From: an uncultured virus (IMG/VR IMGVR_UViG_3300008113_000043) | Lineage: Duplodnaviria > Heunggongvirae > Uroviricota > Caudoviricetes | IMG/VR virus record: IMGVR_UViG_3300008113_000043 | DNA length: 64,000 nucleotides | Strand: one strand, 5' to 3' | Shown here: piece by piece, positions 39,001-51,300 of the stretch | Numbering within the stretch: position 1 is the first letter of the stretch | How the letters are laid out: the number at the start of each line of letters is the position of its first letter | Position numbers and translations under genes: made by a program | Notes under the pieces: model-generated | What the model was told of the DNA's origin: nothing | The model's input: the letters and a program-made list of their open reading frames with translations, nothing else | Databases searched by the model: none

Positions 39001-42000
39001 TTAATTCCAACCTCAAATCTTGGATTTGTAGTTATATTTGGATTTGGGATAAAGAATGATCCTAAAACAGTGCCTATGCTGTCAGTTACTAACTTTACAT
39101 CAGTTACTACTGCTTCACCTTGAGAACCTCTAATTCTCATACCAGTTTGAATAAATCCTCTATACAAACCTTGAGTATTATCTGCAAGTGATGCAGTATC
39201 AACGTTAAGTATTATAGAAGAACTTGAATATTCTGCTGGGATAGTATAGTTATTATTGTAAGGACTTACTGTGTAAACATCTGTTGGTTGCGAAATAGGA
39301 CCAAATTTATGATTTGATTTTGCAACTCTAAAAGATATTTCTGGTGTTGCTGAATTTGTTTCAGTCTCACTACCTGTAGTCATTCTACCAACTACAGTTT
39401 CACCAACAACAAATTGACCACTAATCATAGTGATTTCAATAAGTTTTGGAACAAGGAATCTACTTACTTCAACGTTATCAAAGAAACCATAAACTCTTGT
39501 AAACGGTCTGAATTTCTTGCCAGTAAATTCTACATTCCTTGACCTCATGAAAGGAATTACTGAGGTACTTACAACTCTATCACCTTCATTTACTACATTA
39601 ATTTGTTCAGATAATCTTAATTGACTACCTTGCCTGGTTTGTGTGCCAGTTCTCGTTGTAGTAATTGTCTCAGTATTTTGGAACGTATTTGTAGTTACTA
39701 ATGCATTACCAGTATTTTCAGTAACTGAATTTATTTGAACTGAGTTAGTTGTAGAAGATCGTGTGCTTCCTGTCCAAGTAGTTTCCCAAGCACCCCACGT
39801 TACAGGACTTAATCCAGTTTGTGGATCATATCCACTGAATACTAATTGAGTTCTAGTCTCAGTAAAATTATCAACTTCAATTGTTTGAGCAGCCATTCTA
39901 ACTTGATCTATCCAAATATCTGATGATGGGAATAGATCAATTGTTCCTGTGTATGATGTAACCAAATAAGGAGTTACATTTTCAACTCTGGTTGCAAATT
40001 GCTGCTGCAATTCTAAAGATTCAACATAATCTAATGTTACTAATTGACCAGTTCTACGAACATTTGTTCCAATAAGATCATTTGAGAATCTTAAATCTGA
40101 TAGAGGTGACGCCGATGTACCAATACCAATTACTGATTGTGAACCAAGTAATAAGTCTACTTGAGTAACAAATGGCGAAGGACGAAGTTCTAAATTTGAT
40201 GGGTCAATACTATTGGTAATTGGACCAAGTTTTAATTGATTTGTTGTATCTGAAAAATTATCAACAAAAATTCCAGACTTAAATCTATTGATACCTGCAC
40301 TGTCTGGGATATGTAAATTTTCGGTTTTTGTTTCTAATAGTGATAATGCAGTATAATACTCTAAATTCTGTATTCTAGATTCTAATCTAGCAATATCAGA
40401 CATTCTATAACGCTTATGATCTTTAAGTCTGATACTTGAATTTACAGTGCTGCATAAGTATGCTGGATGTGAAATAGTTGCAACTTCTAATGCATCATCA
40501 ATTCCATTAGGCAATACTGGATTTTCATCAGGAACACCTTTTATTAATTGAAATACGCCATCTTTAGATAAAAATAATCTATCAATTCTTGGTAAGTAGA
40601 ATGAATAATTTACTATTAATGATTCGTCTGATGCTAAAATATTTTTTGATGAATTATCAATAGAATTAAATGATCTTGCATAAAATTCAAATGGAGAATA
40701 TGAAGTAGTATTTTTATCGAAACGAGCCACTCTTGGTCTAATATCAATTAAATCAGTCAATCTAGTATCATTTTTTACTTGTGGAAGATCACAAAGATTA
40801 AATTGATTGTATGATGATACTGTAGTGATGTCTCCATCATCAGTTGAAGAATATTGACCACTTTCAAAAATAATTTTTATTTTTCTTTTTGGATCTCCAA
40901 TATTAGTATTTCTTATTAATCTAGAATAATCACATATAGTGTCTCTTTGACCACTATCTAAAATATATCTGTTAGTAATATTTGTAGATCCATCTGCAAA
41001 TTGTTGAATTATTCCTGTTATTCCACTTTCTTGAAATCTTATTCTCTCACCTATTTTAAATCTTAAATCATTTAAATGCACAAATCCCAAATTTAAACTA
41101 TCAATAAATTCAGAATAAATTCCTATAGCACCACTTTCTTCACCAATAAACTCTTCACCAGAAAGTAAGTCGTCAACACGTCCAGTAGGACCATTTAACC
41201 CAATCATTGTTAATTGGGGTAGTACTGGATCTGAAATATCATTAGATTCAAAAACACCATAGACTTTTGTTACATCTGGAACTAATAAACACAAATCTCT
41301 ATCTTGAACCCTTAGACCATATCCATAGTTTCCATATGTTAACCCATCATTTAATGTAGTTGAACCTATTCCAGATTGAGCATATTTTGATTTGTCAACT
41401 ATTATTGAATTTACTTTTACTCTATTTTTAACTTTACTTTTTAAACTATTTTTTGTTAAAGTTGCTATTAATCTACCAGTACCAGAAGTAGTTTGTAAAC
41501 CTTGTATTATTACTTCTTTACTACCTGGTGAGAACACAAATTTATCTGAAGATAGAGGTTCTACAACACCAGTAGAAGTGATCAAAATATATCTTTCTTC
41601 GTCAAATGGTAAAAATGTTTCTCCAGTATCTGCGGATATTGTATTTGTAGCATTTGCTGTAATAGATATGCTATATTCTTTTCTAATAGTTAAAGAAGAT
41701 CCAGATAAATCAACATCAGCAATCCATTTTTTAGGTAAAGGTGTGTATAAAGTATTATCTAAAGATGATTGATATCTTGATCCTATAATTTCAAAATCTA
41801 CTGGATTTATTTGTGAAGTTGGTAATCCACCATCATTAATTGATGTTACAGTATTAATACCAACAATAGTAATTGTATAGTCGCCAACTACAGATTGAAC
41901 TTTAGCATATGTTTTAACCTGTGAATTAACTAAAGATGTATTTGTAAAAGATACTAAATCACCTACTTTTACTTTATTAGTAAATTCTAATGAATTTGAA

Positions 42001-43757
42001 GTTACTGTACAAATTCCTGGAGCAACTCCACTCTTTGGACTAATTGTAACTTGACCAAATGCTAACTTAGTAGATAACTTAGTATCAGCATTAAAGGTAA
42101 CACCTGTACCAACTAAACTGTATAATGATTTTACATCATTTATTGAATATGTAATTACATTTGTAGTAATTCTGCTATTTTCAACACCATTAAAAATAAG
42201 TTTTTCACCAGTTAAAAATGTTCCTTTAGTATTATATGCTGTTAATATTCCAGTAGTAGTATTATATCTTAAATGACCAACTGCACCACTAGATGTTCCT
42301 TGAATGTATGTTGGTACAGTTAGGTTTACAGTTTCATTTAATGTGAATTCTGTGTATGTTTGAATATCAAATAAAGAAATATCCCATTCATTTAAATCCG
42401 AATTTACAGATGAATATGAACCAGTTTCTAGAGCATAATCATAAACTCTTGCAACACCAATTTCTTTACCAGATGCTATTGCCGAATTAATTCCTACTCT
42501 AGTATCTCTTAAACTAATAACTGAAGTTGTAAATCCAATTTTTGGCGCACCAAAAACTCTATTTAAAGTTAATGTTGGTCCAGTTGTATAATTAACGTCT
42601 TGCTGTATTAAAGTTTTTGTAGTTCTTGGTTTTTCATAATCTAAGTATGAAATTCCTGGGAATTCTACTTCATAACCTTTTACATATGCTTTTCCTGGTG
42701 ATATTTTATAAACACCCAAATTTTCATTTGGTGTTTTTCCACCATATGTTAATTGGTTACTTTCAAAAATTCCTTGATTACCTTTTTTATCATTTAATGA
42801 TTCATATGCACTAATTATAAAAGGTCTTACATAAAAATCACCAGATTGTTCATATGTTCTTCTTGCTAACTCATCACCAATTACATTATAAGTTGGATTT
42901 TCTTGGAGTTTTGATATAGATCCGCTTCTGACAACTAAAAGTTCTACAAAGTTTTCGTTTTTACTACTTTCTAAAGGTCTTTGTGATAAAATCGCAGTAA
43001 TTTTTAACCTGTCTGCACCAGGAGCTGCGTAATTATTAAATCCTTTTGCATTATCTGTTAATGATGCATCTTGTGATGCTGATATAATTTCTTCTTTAAT
43101 TTCTAAACCAATTCTAACAGATGGTGTTCTACTATAGGCATCTATAATTAAAGATTGTGCATCTACCTTAACAAAAGTTCCTCTAAGAAAATAAATACCT
43201 TCAGATAAGAATACTCCAGATCCAACAGATACTGCATTATTTACTGCTGTTGTTAAAACTGCCTGACCTTTTTGGAAAGATAAATTACTATCAACAATGT
43301 CATCATCTAATATTAAATTTTCTTGGTCTACAAATTGCTTTAATTGATCTGTTCCTTCCGAAATATAATTTATAAAAATAGAATAATATTCATTATTATT
43401 CTCCCATGGAGGATTTGCAAAAAATATCTTTGCCCTTACGTTAGATTTTTCACCTTTAACTATTCTATTGGTTAAACTAGAAATATAAGTTGTAACATCA
43501 ATACCTAAAAAACTACTTTCAACATTTACACTAAAAAGTTCATTTGTATAATTTAATCTACCAGGAATTACTACCGAACCTTCTTTAAAGAAATGGTATC
43601 CAAATTTCTCAATCTGATCTTGTAGGGTTGATTGGAGTGTTGTTAACTCTCTTGCCTGAATAGGAAATCCAGGTTTAAACAAAATCTTATAATAATTTTT
43701 ATTTGCGTCAAAATCATCAAAATATGGAGAGACATTTAAATTTAGTTCTTGTGGCAT
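36084..43757 (-). CDS. VrlC/DUF4815-like large structural protein (2557 aa)
   Basis: PYFDDFD..KNYYKILFKPG..QARELTTLQS N-terminus, APGADRLKI, DPLAQSF, PRIKDLRAIALA; sits between g8 and g13. Confidence 0.88.
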   Translation of the reverse strand: MPQELNLNVSPYFDDFDANKNYYKILFKPGFPIQARELTTLQSTLQDQIEKFGYHFFKEGSVVIPGRLNYTNELFSVNVESSFLGIDVTTYISSLTNRIVKGEKSNVRAKIFFANPPWENNNEYYSIFINYISEGTDQLKQFVDQENLILDDDIVDSNLSFQKGQAVLTTAVNNAVSVGSGVFLSEGIYFLRGTFVKVDAQSLIIDAYSRTPSVRIGLEIKEEIISASQDASLTDNAKGFNNYAAPGADRLKITAILSQRPLESSKNENFVELLVVRSGSISKLQENPTYNVIGDELARRTYEQSGDFYVRPFIISAYESLNDKKGNQGIFESNQLTYGGKTPNENLGVYKISPGKAYVKGYEVEFPGISYLDYEKPRTTKTLIQQDVNYTTGPTLTLNRVFGAPKIGFTTSVISLRDTRVGINSAIASGKEIGVARVYDYALETGSYSSVNSDLNEWDISLFDIQTYTEFTLNETVNLTVPTYIQGTSSGAVGHLRYNTTTGILTAYNTKGTFLTGEKLIFNGVENSRITTNVITYSINDVKSLYSLVGTGVTFNADTKLSTKLAFGQVTISPKSGVAPGICTVTSNSLEFTNKVKVGDLVSFTNTSLVNSQVKTYAKVQSVVGDYTITIVGINTVTSINDGGLPTSQINPVDFEIIGSRYQSSLDNTLYTPLPKKWIADVDLSGSSLTIRKEYSISITANATNTISADTGETFLPFDEERYILITSTGVVEPLSSDKFVFSPGSKEVIIQGLQTTSGTGRLIATLTKNSLKSKVKNRVKVNSIIVDKSKYAQSGIGSTTLNDGLTYGNYGYGLRVQDRDLCLLVPDVTKVYGVFESNDISDPVLPQLTMIGLNGPTGRVDDLLSGEEFIGEESGAIGIYSEFIDSLNLGFVHLNDLRFKIGERIRFQESGITGIIQQFADGSTNITNRYILDSGQRDTICDYSRLIRNTNIGDPKRKIKIIFESGQYSSTDDGDITTVSSYNQFNLCDLPQVKNDTRLTDLIDIRPRVARFDKNTTSYSPFEFYARSFNSIDNSSKNILASDESLIVNYSFYLPRIDRLFLSKDGVFQLIKGVPDENPVLPNGIDDALEVATISHPAYLCSTVNSSIRLKDHKRYRMSDIARLESRIQNLEYYTALSLLETKTENLHIPDSAGINRFKSGIFVDNFSDTTNQLKLGPITNSIDPSNLELRPSPFVTQVDLLLGSQSVIGIGTSASPLSDLRFSNDLIGTNVRRTGQLVTLDYVESLELQQQFATRVENVTPYLVTSYTGTIDLFPSSDIWIDQVRMAAQTIEVDNFTETRTQLVFSGYDPQTGLSPVTWGAWETTWTGSTRSSTTNSVQINSVTENTGNALVTTNTFQNTETITTTRTGTQTRQGSQLRLSEQINVVNEGDRVVSTSVIPFMRSRNVEFTGKKFRPFTRVYGFFDNVEVSRFLVPKLIEITMISGQFVVGETVVGRMTTGSETETNSATPEISFRVAKSNHKFGPISQPTDVYTVSPYNNNYTIPAEYSSSSIILNVDTASLADNTQGLYRGFIQTGMRIRGSQGEAVVTDVKLVTDSIGTVLGSFFIPNPNITTNPRFEVGIKVFRLTSSSVNTTIGGLVSTSGEEQYFAQGTLNSLQETIRSTRSPRFTSVSTSESRATTDVSTTQNVTQSTTVSTVPLPPPPPPPPPSPAPPRPNPSPPPPSPRPGNPSPAPAPAPVPAPVPAPVPAPRPAPRPDPPRRPDPPPPRGGKDPLAQSFLVPNPQGRFLTSIDLYFRTKDPVIPVIVELRSMRNGLPTEEVYPFGRVVLTPDEVYETFDGSIPTTITFPSPVFLEGQKEHCVVILSDSNEYTVWISRLGEVDISTSNLPESRQILVSNQTTLGSLFKSQNSSTWTPSQYEDLKYNIYAASFIENNGSVTFFNPELNLGNQQIATLLNDSLDFNSKKIKITLSNTINTTGLVLGNTIVQSGTNASADYVGAGGSATGTLGIINAGIGYTPSAATNYTFTNVSLSSLTGSGKNATANITINGGVAIAATIVNGGSGYQIGDVLTAPQVGNLTLGRNLKFSLSTISGVNELILDQVQGDFEVSGSKVIRYISPTSGITTVVTTSGANALISQIENTSLLNDGLHIKVNHKNHGMHSDLNRVVLSNIKSDSIPTRLTLDYLTSNSGSISVASTAVFGTFENVSVAATNPGYIVIEDEIISYTGVANNQLIGITRGIDGTRSFTYPSGTIVRKYELNGVSLRRINKEHFLQDASAENPIGLDYYHIKLDMSSNGTNRSVGTSFPKLYINETKSCGGNLINATQNIQFEAVRPIVQTMVLPSTNISATIKTTTATSISGNEVSFVETDSVAMNMNSHTYFNTPRLIASRVNELNNLSTSPGNKSLSVTFNLSTEDSFISPVIDLDRVGLILVTNRINNVIENYATDGRTASILEDPSAFSYATNVIRLENSATSIKVLLAAYVNNFSEIRAFYAISNTLESEMIYYPFPGYTNLDINGNIIDISNNNGLPNKFVSKNTTLGFDSKELTFADYEFSIDNLPEFRYFSIKLVGTSTNQAFPPRIKDLRAIALA
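38560..38775 (-). repeat. Proline-rich low-complexity insert with a 12-bp tandem repeat
   Basis: (AGGTGCTGGTAC)x3 at 38619-38654 plus poly-Pro codons. Confidence 0.9.
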
Positions 43758-43763
43758 AATTCT

Positions 43764-45347
43764 TTAAAATTGCAAAATAACTTTGATGTCTTCTTTTTGG
43801 TTTACCGATCTTGTTATAGATGGTCTATTATCAACATATATTATGTTTCCAGAATATTTTTTTACTTCTGGATTTGATACACCATTTATAAAAGACTGTC
43901 CAAGGTAGTAAGTTCTATTATTTATGACGGTACTTATCCCTGGATTGCTCTGTGATCCAAATCCTTGATCAATATATAAATCTTTTGAACCACCAACTAT
44001 TTTCAAACTACCTGACCCTGTTACAGTTGATGTAAATCTATTTAATTTATAACCATATTGTGGAGATGTATTTCTAGTTCCATCAGTATTAAATCCAACT
44101 AATGATCTATCTTGCCAATATTTCAAAACTCCAGTAGTTTGGTCATATGAAACTACTTTACCTATTGCAGTAACTCCAGTACCAATTGTTTGTGAAATTA
44201 TGGTATTATTCTCAAATGTTGTAGTTTTGTAATCATTTTGATTTGGAGTTAATCCTTTTAATATTAAAGCATAAACACCACTTGCTTTACTATCATTAAG
44301 TATTGAAGAGGATTCGTATGATTGTGGATTTTCAATTATACCTATTCTGGATATTTTTGTACCAGTAATAAAGTCTGGATTTTGGTCATCATTTTCAATT
44401 CTACTATAAATCAAAACATTTGTTGCACCTAGTTCCCTATAGATATCATAACCATGCCCATTTGGCGGTGGAATGATAACATCAAACTGTGGTGTAACAG
44501 TACCCAAAGGAACGTTGCCAAGTTGCAAATCTACAGTGCCATAGGTATACCCAGTTCCACCATTAGTAATAGTTATAGATTCAACTTTCGAATCATTGTT
44601 TATAACAATGGTTGCTAATGCTCCTGTACCATCACCATTAATAGGAACATTTGTGTATGTAGTGTCTGGTGGACCAACTTCAAATCCACGATCCGTAATT
44701 GTAGCAACTTTTAACTGACCACTTGATGTAGCATTATTTTTAATTGATTGGTACTCTAAATTTGTGTCCCAGTCTATTGGAACAGGCATGAAATCTACAG
44801 ATTCAAACTTAATAACATCTGAGGGTGAAATTGTATAAAGATATTTCCATATATAACCATCTCCACTAGTTCCTGCTGCTCTTGGTTCTAAATCTGTAAA
44901 TTTAGGTTCATCTAGTGATGGTTTTCCGTCTGGATTTTCTGGATCTACACCATTATTCAAACAAATATAAACTCTATATTCACTATTTAAAACATAAAAG
45001 TTTGAATTATATAAACTAGTTTTATTTGATGGTTTTGACAAATTAGTTCTAGTTATATCATGGCGATACATGTCATATATTGTAGAAGATGCCCAAGAAA
45101 TTTTTCTAATGACTGGTTTAATATCATTAGATGATATTTTTTTCAGTGCAATTAAAGTATCCCAATAATTATTTTCTTCATTCAAACTATCTTTTGGTGA
45201 GGGGGGATTTGCATCCCATACTGGTGATGAATCATATGGATTTGGTAATCCTAGAAATGCATAATATGAATTATCCGTTGAAGTGATTTCACTTATAAAA
45301 TTCTTTACATTTCTTATTCTTAATTGATCCGTTATAATAGCAGACAT
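43764..45347 (-). CDS. g8: Baseplate wedge subunit gp8
   Basis: SAIITDQLRI, YRVYICLNN, DGYIWKYLYTI, IYVDNRPSITR..QKEDIKVILQF. Confidence 0.93.
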   Translation of the reverse strand: MSAIITDQLRIRNVKNFISEITSTDNSYYAFLGLPNPYDSSPVWDANPPSPKDSLNEENNYWDTLIALKKISSNDIKPVIRKISWASSTIYDMYRHDITRTNLSKPSNKTSLYNSNFYVLNSEYRVYICLNNGVDPENPDGKPSLDEPKFTDLEPRAAGTSGDGYIWKYLYTISPSDVIKFESVDFMPVPIDWDTNLEYQSIKNNATSSGQLKVATITDRGFEVGPPDTTYTNVPINGDGTGALATIVINNDSKVESITITNGGTGYTYGTVDLQLGNVPLGTVTPQFDVIIPPPNGHGYDIYRELGATNVLIYSRIENDDQNPDFITGTKISRIGIIENPQSYESSSILNDSKASGVYALILKGLTPNQNDYKTTTFENNTIISQTIGTGVTAIGKVVSYDQTTGVLKYWQDRSLVGFNTDGTRNTSPQYGYKLNRFTSTVTGSGSLKIVGGSKDLYIDQGFGSQSNPGISTVINNRTYYLGQSFINGVSNPEVKKYSGNIIYVDNRPSITRSVNQKEDIKVILQF

Positions 45348-45364
45348 TTTAAAAATTTTTTAGT

Positions 45365-45372
45365 TATTTATT
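45365..45372 (-). promoter_or_regulatory. Late promoter (AATAAATA) upstream of g8
   Basis: Motif in the g7-g8 intergenic gap. Confidence 0.55.
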
Positions 45373-45377
45373 AAAGA

Positions 45378-48300
45378 TTATAAGTAGTTTTCATATGCTA
45401 AAGGATTTTTTCTCCTTATAATTGGATTTGTGGATATTCCCGCAAAATTATTAGTTTTTACTGTAAAAGATCTTGGTGTAGATCTATCAGTAAAATTAAT
45501 TTTACCCCAACTGTATGCTGCATAATTTGATGTGGAAGCAATGCTAACCACGGAATTTATTCCGTTATATCTAGCAATTCTAGTCACTACTCTAATTACT
45601 GTAGATATTCCAATTGATGGTATTGATCTATTAACTTGAGAAGTACTGAAAACTTCATATACATTATCTATATTTTCTGTACCTATTCCTAATGTAGATC
45701 CACCTCTTGTTAATGATGTAACACCAAAACCAACGGATGAACTGGTAACTACAAAATAATCTCCAGTCTTTATACCACTCTTAGTTATTCCATGACCATC
45801 AGTAACTAAAGGCGAATTTTGTGGGATGTAAAAATCAAATACGAGACCAGTAGTTACACCAACACTAGTTGTACCTACACCAACAATTAATCCATAATCT
45901 CCTTCATAAGTTACATTAGAAACTTCCTCTATTACTGGTATTGGTGGTGCAATTAGTATATTTGGTCCTTTTATACCAGTTACTGCAAATACTAATGGAG
46001 ATGCTAGTGTAGTTCTTCTGTAAGTAGTTGCTAATCCAACATTATCATAAGAATCTAGGAACACTAAATCATTTATCTTATAATTTGTTCCACCATTAGT
46101 AATATTTGTCGAAAATACCGTTTGATTTAGTGGATTTATTACTATAGTTGCAGTTGCACCTCTACCAAATCCAGTTAAAGTTTTTAATCTTGCATTTACA
46201 AATACATTATTAGATGTATCTAAAGGTGGATAACCAATACCTTGTTGATTAACAACTAATCCTGCTAGTGGTCCTGTTGTATAACCAAATCCAGGATTTG
46301 TGATTGTAAATGATGTTATTCTACCTCCAGAAATATTTGCAGTTGCTGATGCAATACCTGTTATACCTATACCTGGAGTTTCTATAGTTACTCTAGGGCT
46401 TGATGTATATCCTGATCCAGCATTAACAAGATTTAATGTTGATATTGTGCTAGCAATTGATACTGTAGCAGTTGCTATTCCAGAAGTTAATACATCATTT
46501 GAAATGATCTCAACAACTCTAGATTTACTTACTAAAATACCTTCTCTAGGATTATCAAATAAAGACTTAACTGAAGTTACATAAGCAAAAGTAGATCCAA
46601 TACCAACATTACTCAATAAAGTGCATTGTGTATGAATATTTGGTTCATAGTATACTCTATCTTTACCAACTTCAATTTCATCAATGATCTTATCTTCAGT
46701 TTGTTTAATCCAGTTAATTGGTCTTTCTAAGAGTTCAGTATCACTAACTCCTTGTCCAGCATAAGTATTAGTTAAAACAGTATCTGCAGCATTAATATCT
46801 ACTACAAGTCTTTGATCTTGATTTAGAGTTACATCAACGTCACTAAAAAATTGTACATTATCACCAATTTTTAATGTTTCTATTACATCAATCTCATTAA
46901 CATCAATAGATTGTGTTCCAGTATACATCATTATTTTGCATGTATCTCCAGGAGTTGTGTATCCAGAAAGTCTTGGTTTTGGTGCTTCATTAAATCTAAT
47001 GGTACTTCCACCATTGAATGTATATGATTCTCCAGGAACTTGTAAGATATCATTTATAAAAACTAAAAGATTATCTTGTAATTCAATTCCAGATGATCTT
47101 CTTGGGAAGAAAGATATTCTTTCACCATTTCTCAAAAGTGGGAATAATCTTCTTCTTCCATTAAAATACTGTTCAATATTATCAAGGACTAGAATATCAC
47201 CAACACTCCATCCAGAAAACTTTGAATTAAATGTTTTATCTACAAATACTTTGAATTCTTCAAAAGCATATAAAGTGAAAGTTGATGCATCCGTAGGAAT
47301 TCCAGTAGTTCCTCCAATAGGAACTGTTAGTATATCTCCTTGTCCATAACCGTATCCTAGATTTTTTAATTCAAAATTAATAACACTTGATCCCTGACCT
47401 ACAGTTATGTCAACAGTAGCACCAGTTCCTATTCCTGATGGTGAAGAAGATGAATAGATTAAAGGAATATCTGTATAATTTAATGGTGGATCTATTACAA
47501 CTTTTGGTGGATTTGATCTTGTATATCCAATTCCAGGATTTGTGATTACAACATTGGTTATCTTACCATTGGCAGCATTTGCATATCCAACATAGGTTAT
47601 TTTTGGAGTTCCTGAGCTATAAGTTTGTACACCAACTCTAATATAAGTTTGTACACCAACTCTATATCCAGATCCAGAATTTCCAATCGCAACAGATTGA
47701 ATAGTTCCTGCTGCAGAAACTATAGCAGTACCACCAGCACCAATAAGAGGTTGATATCTTAATCCACTTGATGAACCAACTGAAACAATAATGCCACCTC
47801 TAGGCACTGAAGATGCATTTATATCGTTAGTTTGGTTAAAGTTTGCTGGATTTCCTGTAAATGATATAATAGTTTGTCCAGAAGTTTCTGTTAATTTATA
47901 ATCACCATTTATATTAGTTAATGGTGATCCCAGTCTTTGTGGACCTTGGAAGACATCATCTATTAATATAATTGCATTTGATGTACTAAATCCAGTAATA
48001 TTATTTTTATTTTGTTTTAGTGTAAAATTAGTAGTTATTCCATTGAATGATTGTGATATGTCATCAAAAACATAGTTTGTATTGTATGCTTTCTCATATA
48101 CGGAAGTAAATCCCTGTTTCAATGCCGATCTAATAAAAACTCTTCCGTCGAATCTAGTTGAAGTTGTTAGACCAACATAATCTACCTCACTTGGACCATT
48201 AGAAGTTGTTCCTATTGGAGATAAACCAGGAACTGCTTCGGAAAAATGTACAGAATTGTCTACAATATTATAAGATCCAGATAATTTAGTTACTAATGAT

Positions 48301-51300
48301 CCACCAGAATGTATGCCTTGAGTTGTACCAACCCAATTCCTGAATACTGATAATGAATTTGTTGATGCCACACCAACTGATGTTACAAACATAATTTCAT
48401 TATTAATTTTAATTAAATCACCAGTAAAAATTGATGATATTCCAGTTAATCTAAAAATAGTACTGCCAATACCAACAGAAGAAATAGTACTTGAAGTTAC
48501 CGCTGTTGAAACTAATGGTGATTGTATTATACCATTTAAAGTTATTAATGCTCTTGTATTGGGATTTTTAGATTTAAATATATGTGTACTACCAATACCA
48601 ACAGATGTTAGTGATAAAGGTATTGGATTGAAAAGTAAAGCATTTTCTGCAGATGATGCAAGTTGAATTCTTCTTGAATCAATTTTAATAACATAAACTG
48701 ATGATGGTAATTTTGAAGTTGTTCCAACTCCAACAAAAAATGTGGTTCCTATTCCAATAGCATTAGCAGAACTATTATTAAATGGAACATATTCGATTTC
48801 TTCACCACTTACAAAGAAATGATTTGGTAGATATATTGTATTATCAGTTAGACCAACCACAGAACCTGTAGTAGCATTAAATTCAACAGCAAAAATAGGT
48901 TGATTTTTATAATATAAATCGAAAGATCTATTTACATCATTAAATTCTGAACTGATATCATCTATTTTTAAAACTCTATTACCTATAAATTCTAAGTAAG
49001 ATTGTAAAAATGGACTATTAAATAAAATTTCATTTGAAACATATCTATTGTCTATAAGAATTGGTTTTTCTCTAGCAATATCAAAATCTTTATACAAATT
49101 AAAGTCAACTGTACTGTCTAAAGTTGCAATAGAACTAAGAGAAATCTGTTGTGCTGCACTAACTAATCCAACTCTATCTTCAGGATCAAATGCATAAGAT
49201 TCTACCGAAAGATCGCTAAATTTTTTAAATCCTAACGTGTGGTTTAGATCACTTACAATTCCATCCCAATTTTCTAAGGAAACATTTGATTTTACTGAAT
49301 ATGAAAAATATTGATAATAATCATTGTCATGCAATCTTTGAAGACTATCTCCTAATAATCCAATATTATTAGTCCATCCTTTAGTTAAAATTGAGTTACC
49401 ACCTATATTATGTTTGGTTTCAAAAACAACTATTTGAGATATTACACCACGGTTTTTTGTTGATTCACCAGTAACTAAATCCCCAACTTTGAATTCTTCT
49501 GTGGTATTAATTTTTAAATATTCATTTTTGAAGTCATATGATTGAGCAATACCTTCAACACCACTTTGAGAAATTATTTTTTCACCTGATATAAACCTAT
49601 CTTTAATTAATTCAATTTCAAATATTGGAAAATATTTTTTAGGTGTAACTGTTCCAATTGATTCAAAAGTATCAAATACTCCAGGATTAGGATTTTTTAA
49701 ATCTGAAATATTATAAGTTATAGTTGGGGTCTCTCCTCCAATATCAGGATTAACTTCAGTTAATGTGAATAGTTTATATCCATAATTTGATGAATTATAT
49801 CCATTACCACCTTCTACAATATCAATATTCGTGTTTTCAATAATAACTTCATCTCCAACTTCAAAAGGAAATTCATCAATATTGCCATAACTTACAGCTA
49901 ATCCTACTGTAACATTTTTTGTTGTTGAATTGTAAGCAATATCTTTTATTCTAGTTCCGTTCGGATTGTTTACTGGTAATATAATTGGAGTTATGTTATA
50001 AACACCAGTAGTATTTCTAATGATAGAAACATCATAGTCTCCTATTTCATATCTTAAATCTGCTTCCTCATTAACCCTACCAGTTAAACCATCTAATACA
50101 ACTAATTGTGGGGGAACATAATAATTTACTCCAGGAGAAACTATTGAAATTCTTTTAAATTTAGATAGTGGTTCAATTTTAAAGATTTTAGGTAAAAGAG
50201 TTGATGGACTTAAAGTTTTATCTGTTGGATAATCAAATCCAATATCATTCAATTTGTATTTAAAAACTCTTCCAATGTTATCACTAAAGGGTAGTAATAA
50301 TGAATCAGTACCAAGACCACTTCTTACTTTGACAACATTTGGTAACTTTTTATATCCAAAACCACCCGATTGAACATCTACTCTATTAATTTTACCGAAT
50401 GCAGTTCTAGAACTTGTATGATATTCTAAAATTGCTTCATCTGAATTATATGAACTTTTTTCTGGTGAAATTTTTGACAAATATGTAAATGATAAAGAAC
50501 CTATTCCAGATATTGAATAAATTCCATTGTATAGACTGTTAGAAACTCTGATTAAGTTGTTATTTACTATATTGAAGTCATCAGTTATAATTTGTTGTTT
50601 TGCTAAAGATATTCCATCAAAAAAGATAGGTGTTAATCTATAATAAAGATTTTGTGGAGTATTATCGTCTATTATTAGTGATACAGACGCATTGGGATCT
50701 ACTCCAATCTTTCCTATTTTTCTTACAGTAAATAAATCACTTGCCGAGGTATAAAATTTATTCTTAAAATCTGAGTCTGTGTAAAAATCAAATGAAAACG
50801 CTGGTCTTCCAGAAGATGATAGAGATAAATCTGACAAATCAAAAATTACTGTAGAATTTTTATATGCTTCTAAACTTGGATTTACTAATGATAATGCACC
50901 GTCTGATGCTGGTAAAACTAAATTTACATAATCTAAATTTAAAACCTTATTTAAAGATTTATAGTATGTTTTTGATAATCTTATTCTATTTTCATCTAAA
51001 ACAATTACATAATATAATTCATCATTCAGCAATCCTCCTGTAGGAGATTGTGAAGTATGCAATACTTTTTGACCAGTTTTGTACCCATGATTTTCTATTG
51101 TTATAATATCTTCATTCACGTCAACATTTAAAAATCCAAATGACTTTGGATTGAAAACCATTCTTCTAGTTGTATCGTTATATTGAACTACAACAGTTGT
51201 CTGTATTCCAGACTTAATATCCATTCTTATATTATCATTTACACTTAAACCATGATTTTGTGAAGTGGTTACTACTACTGATACTTTTTTAATATCCCCT

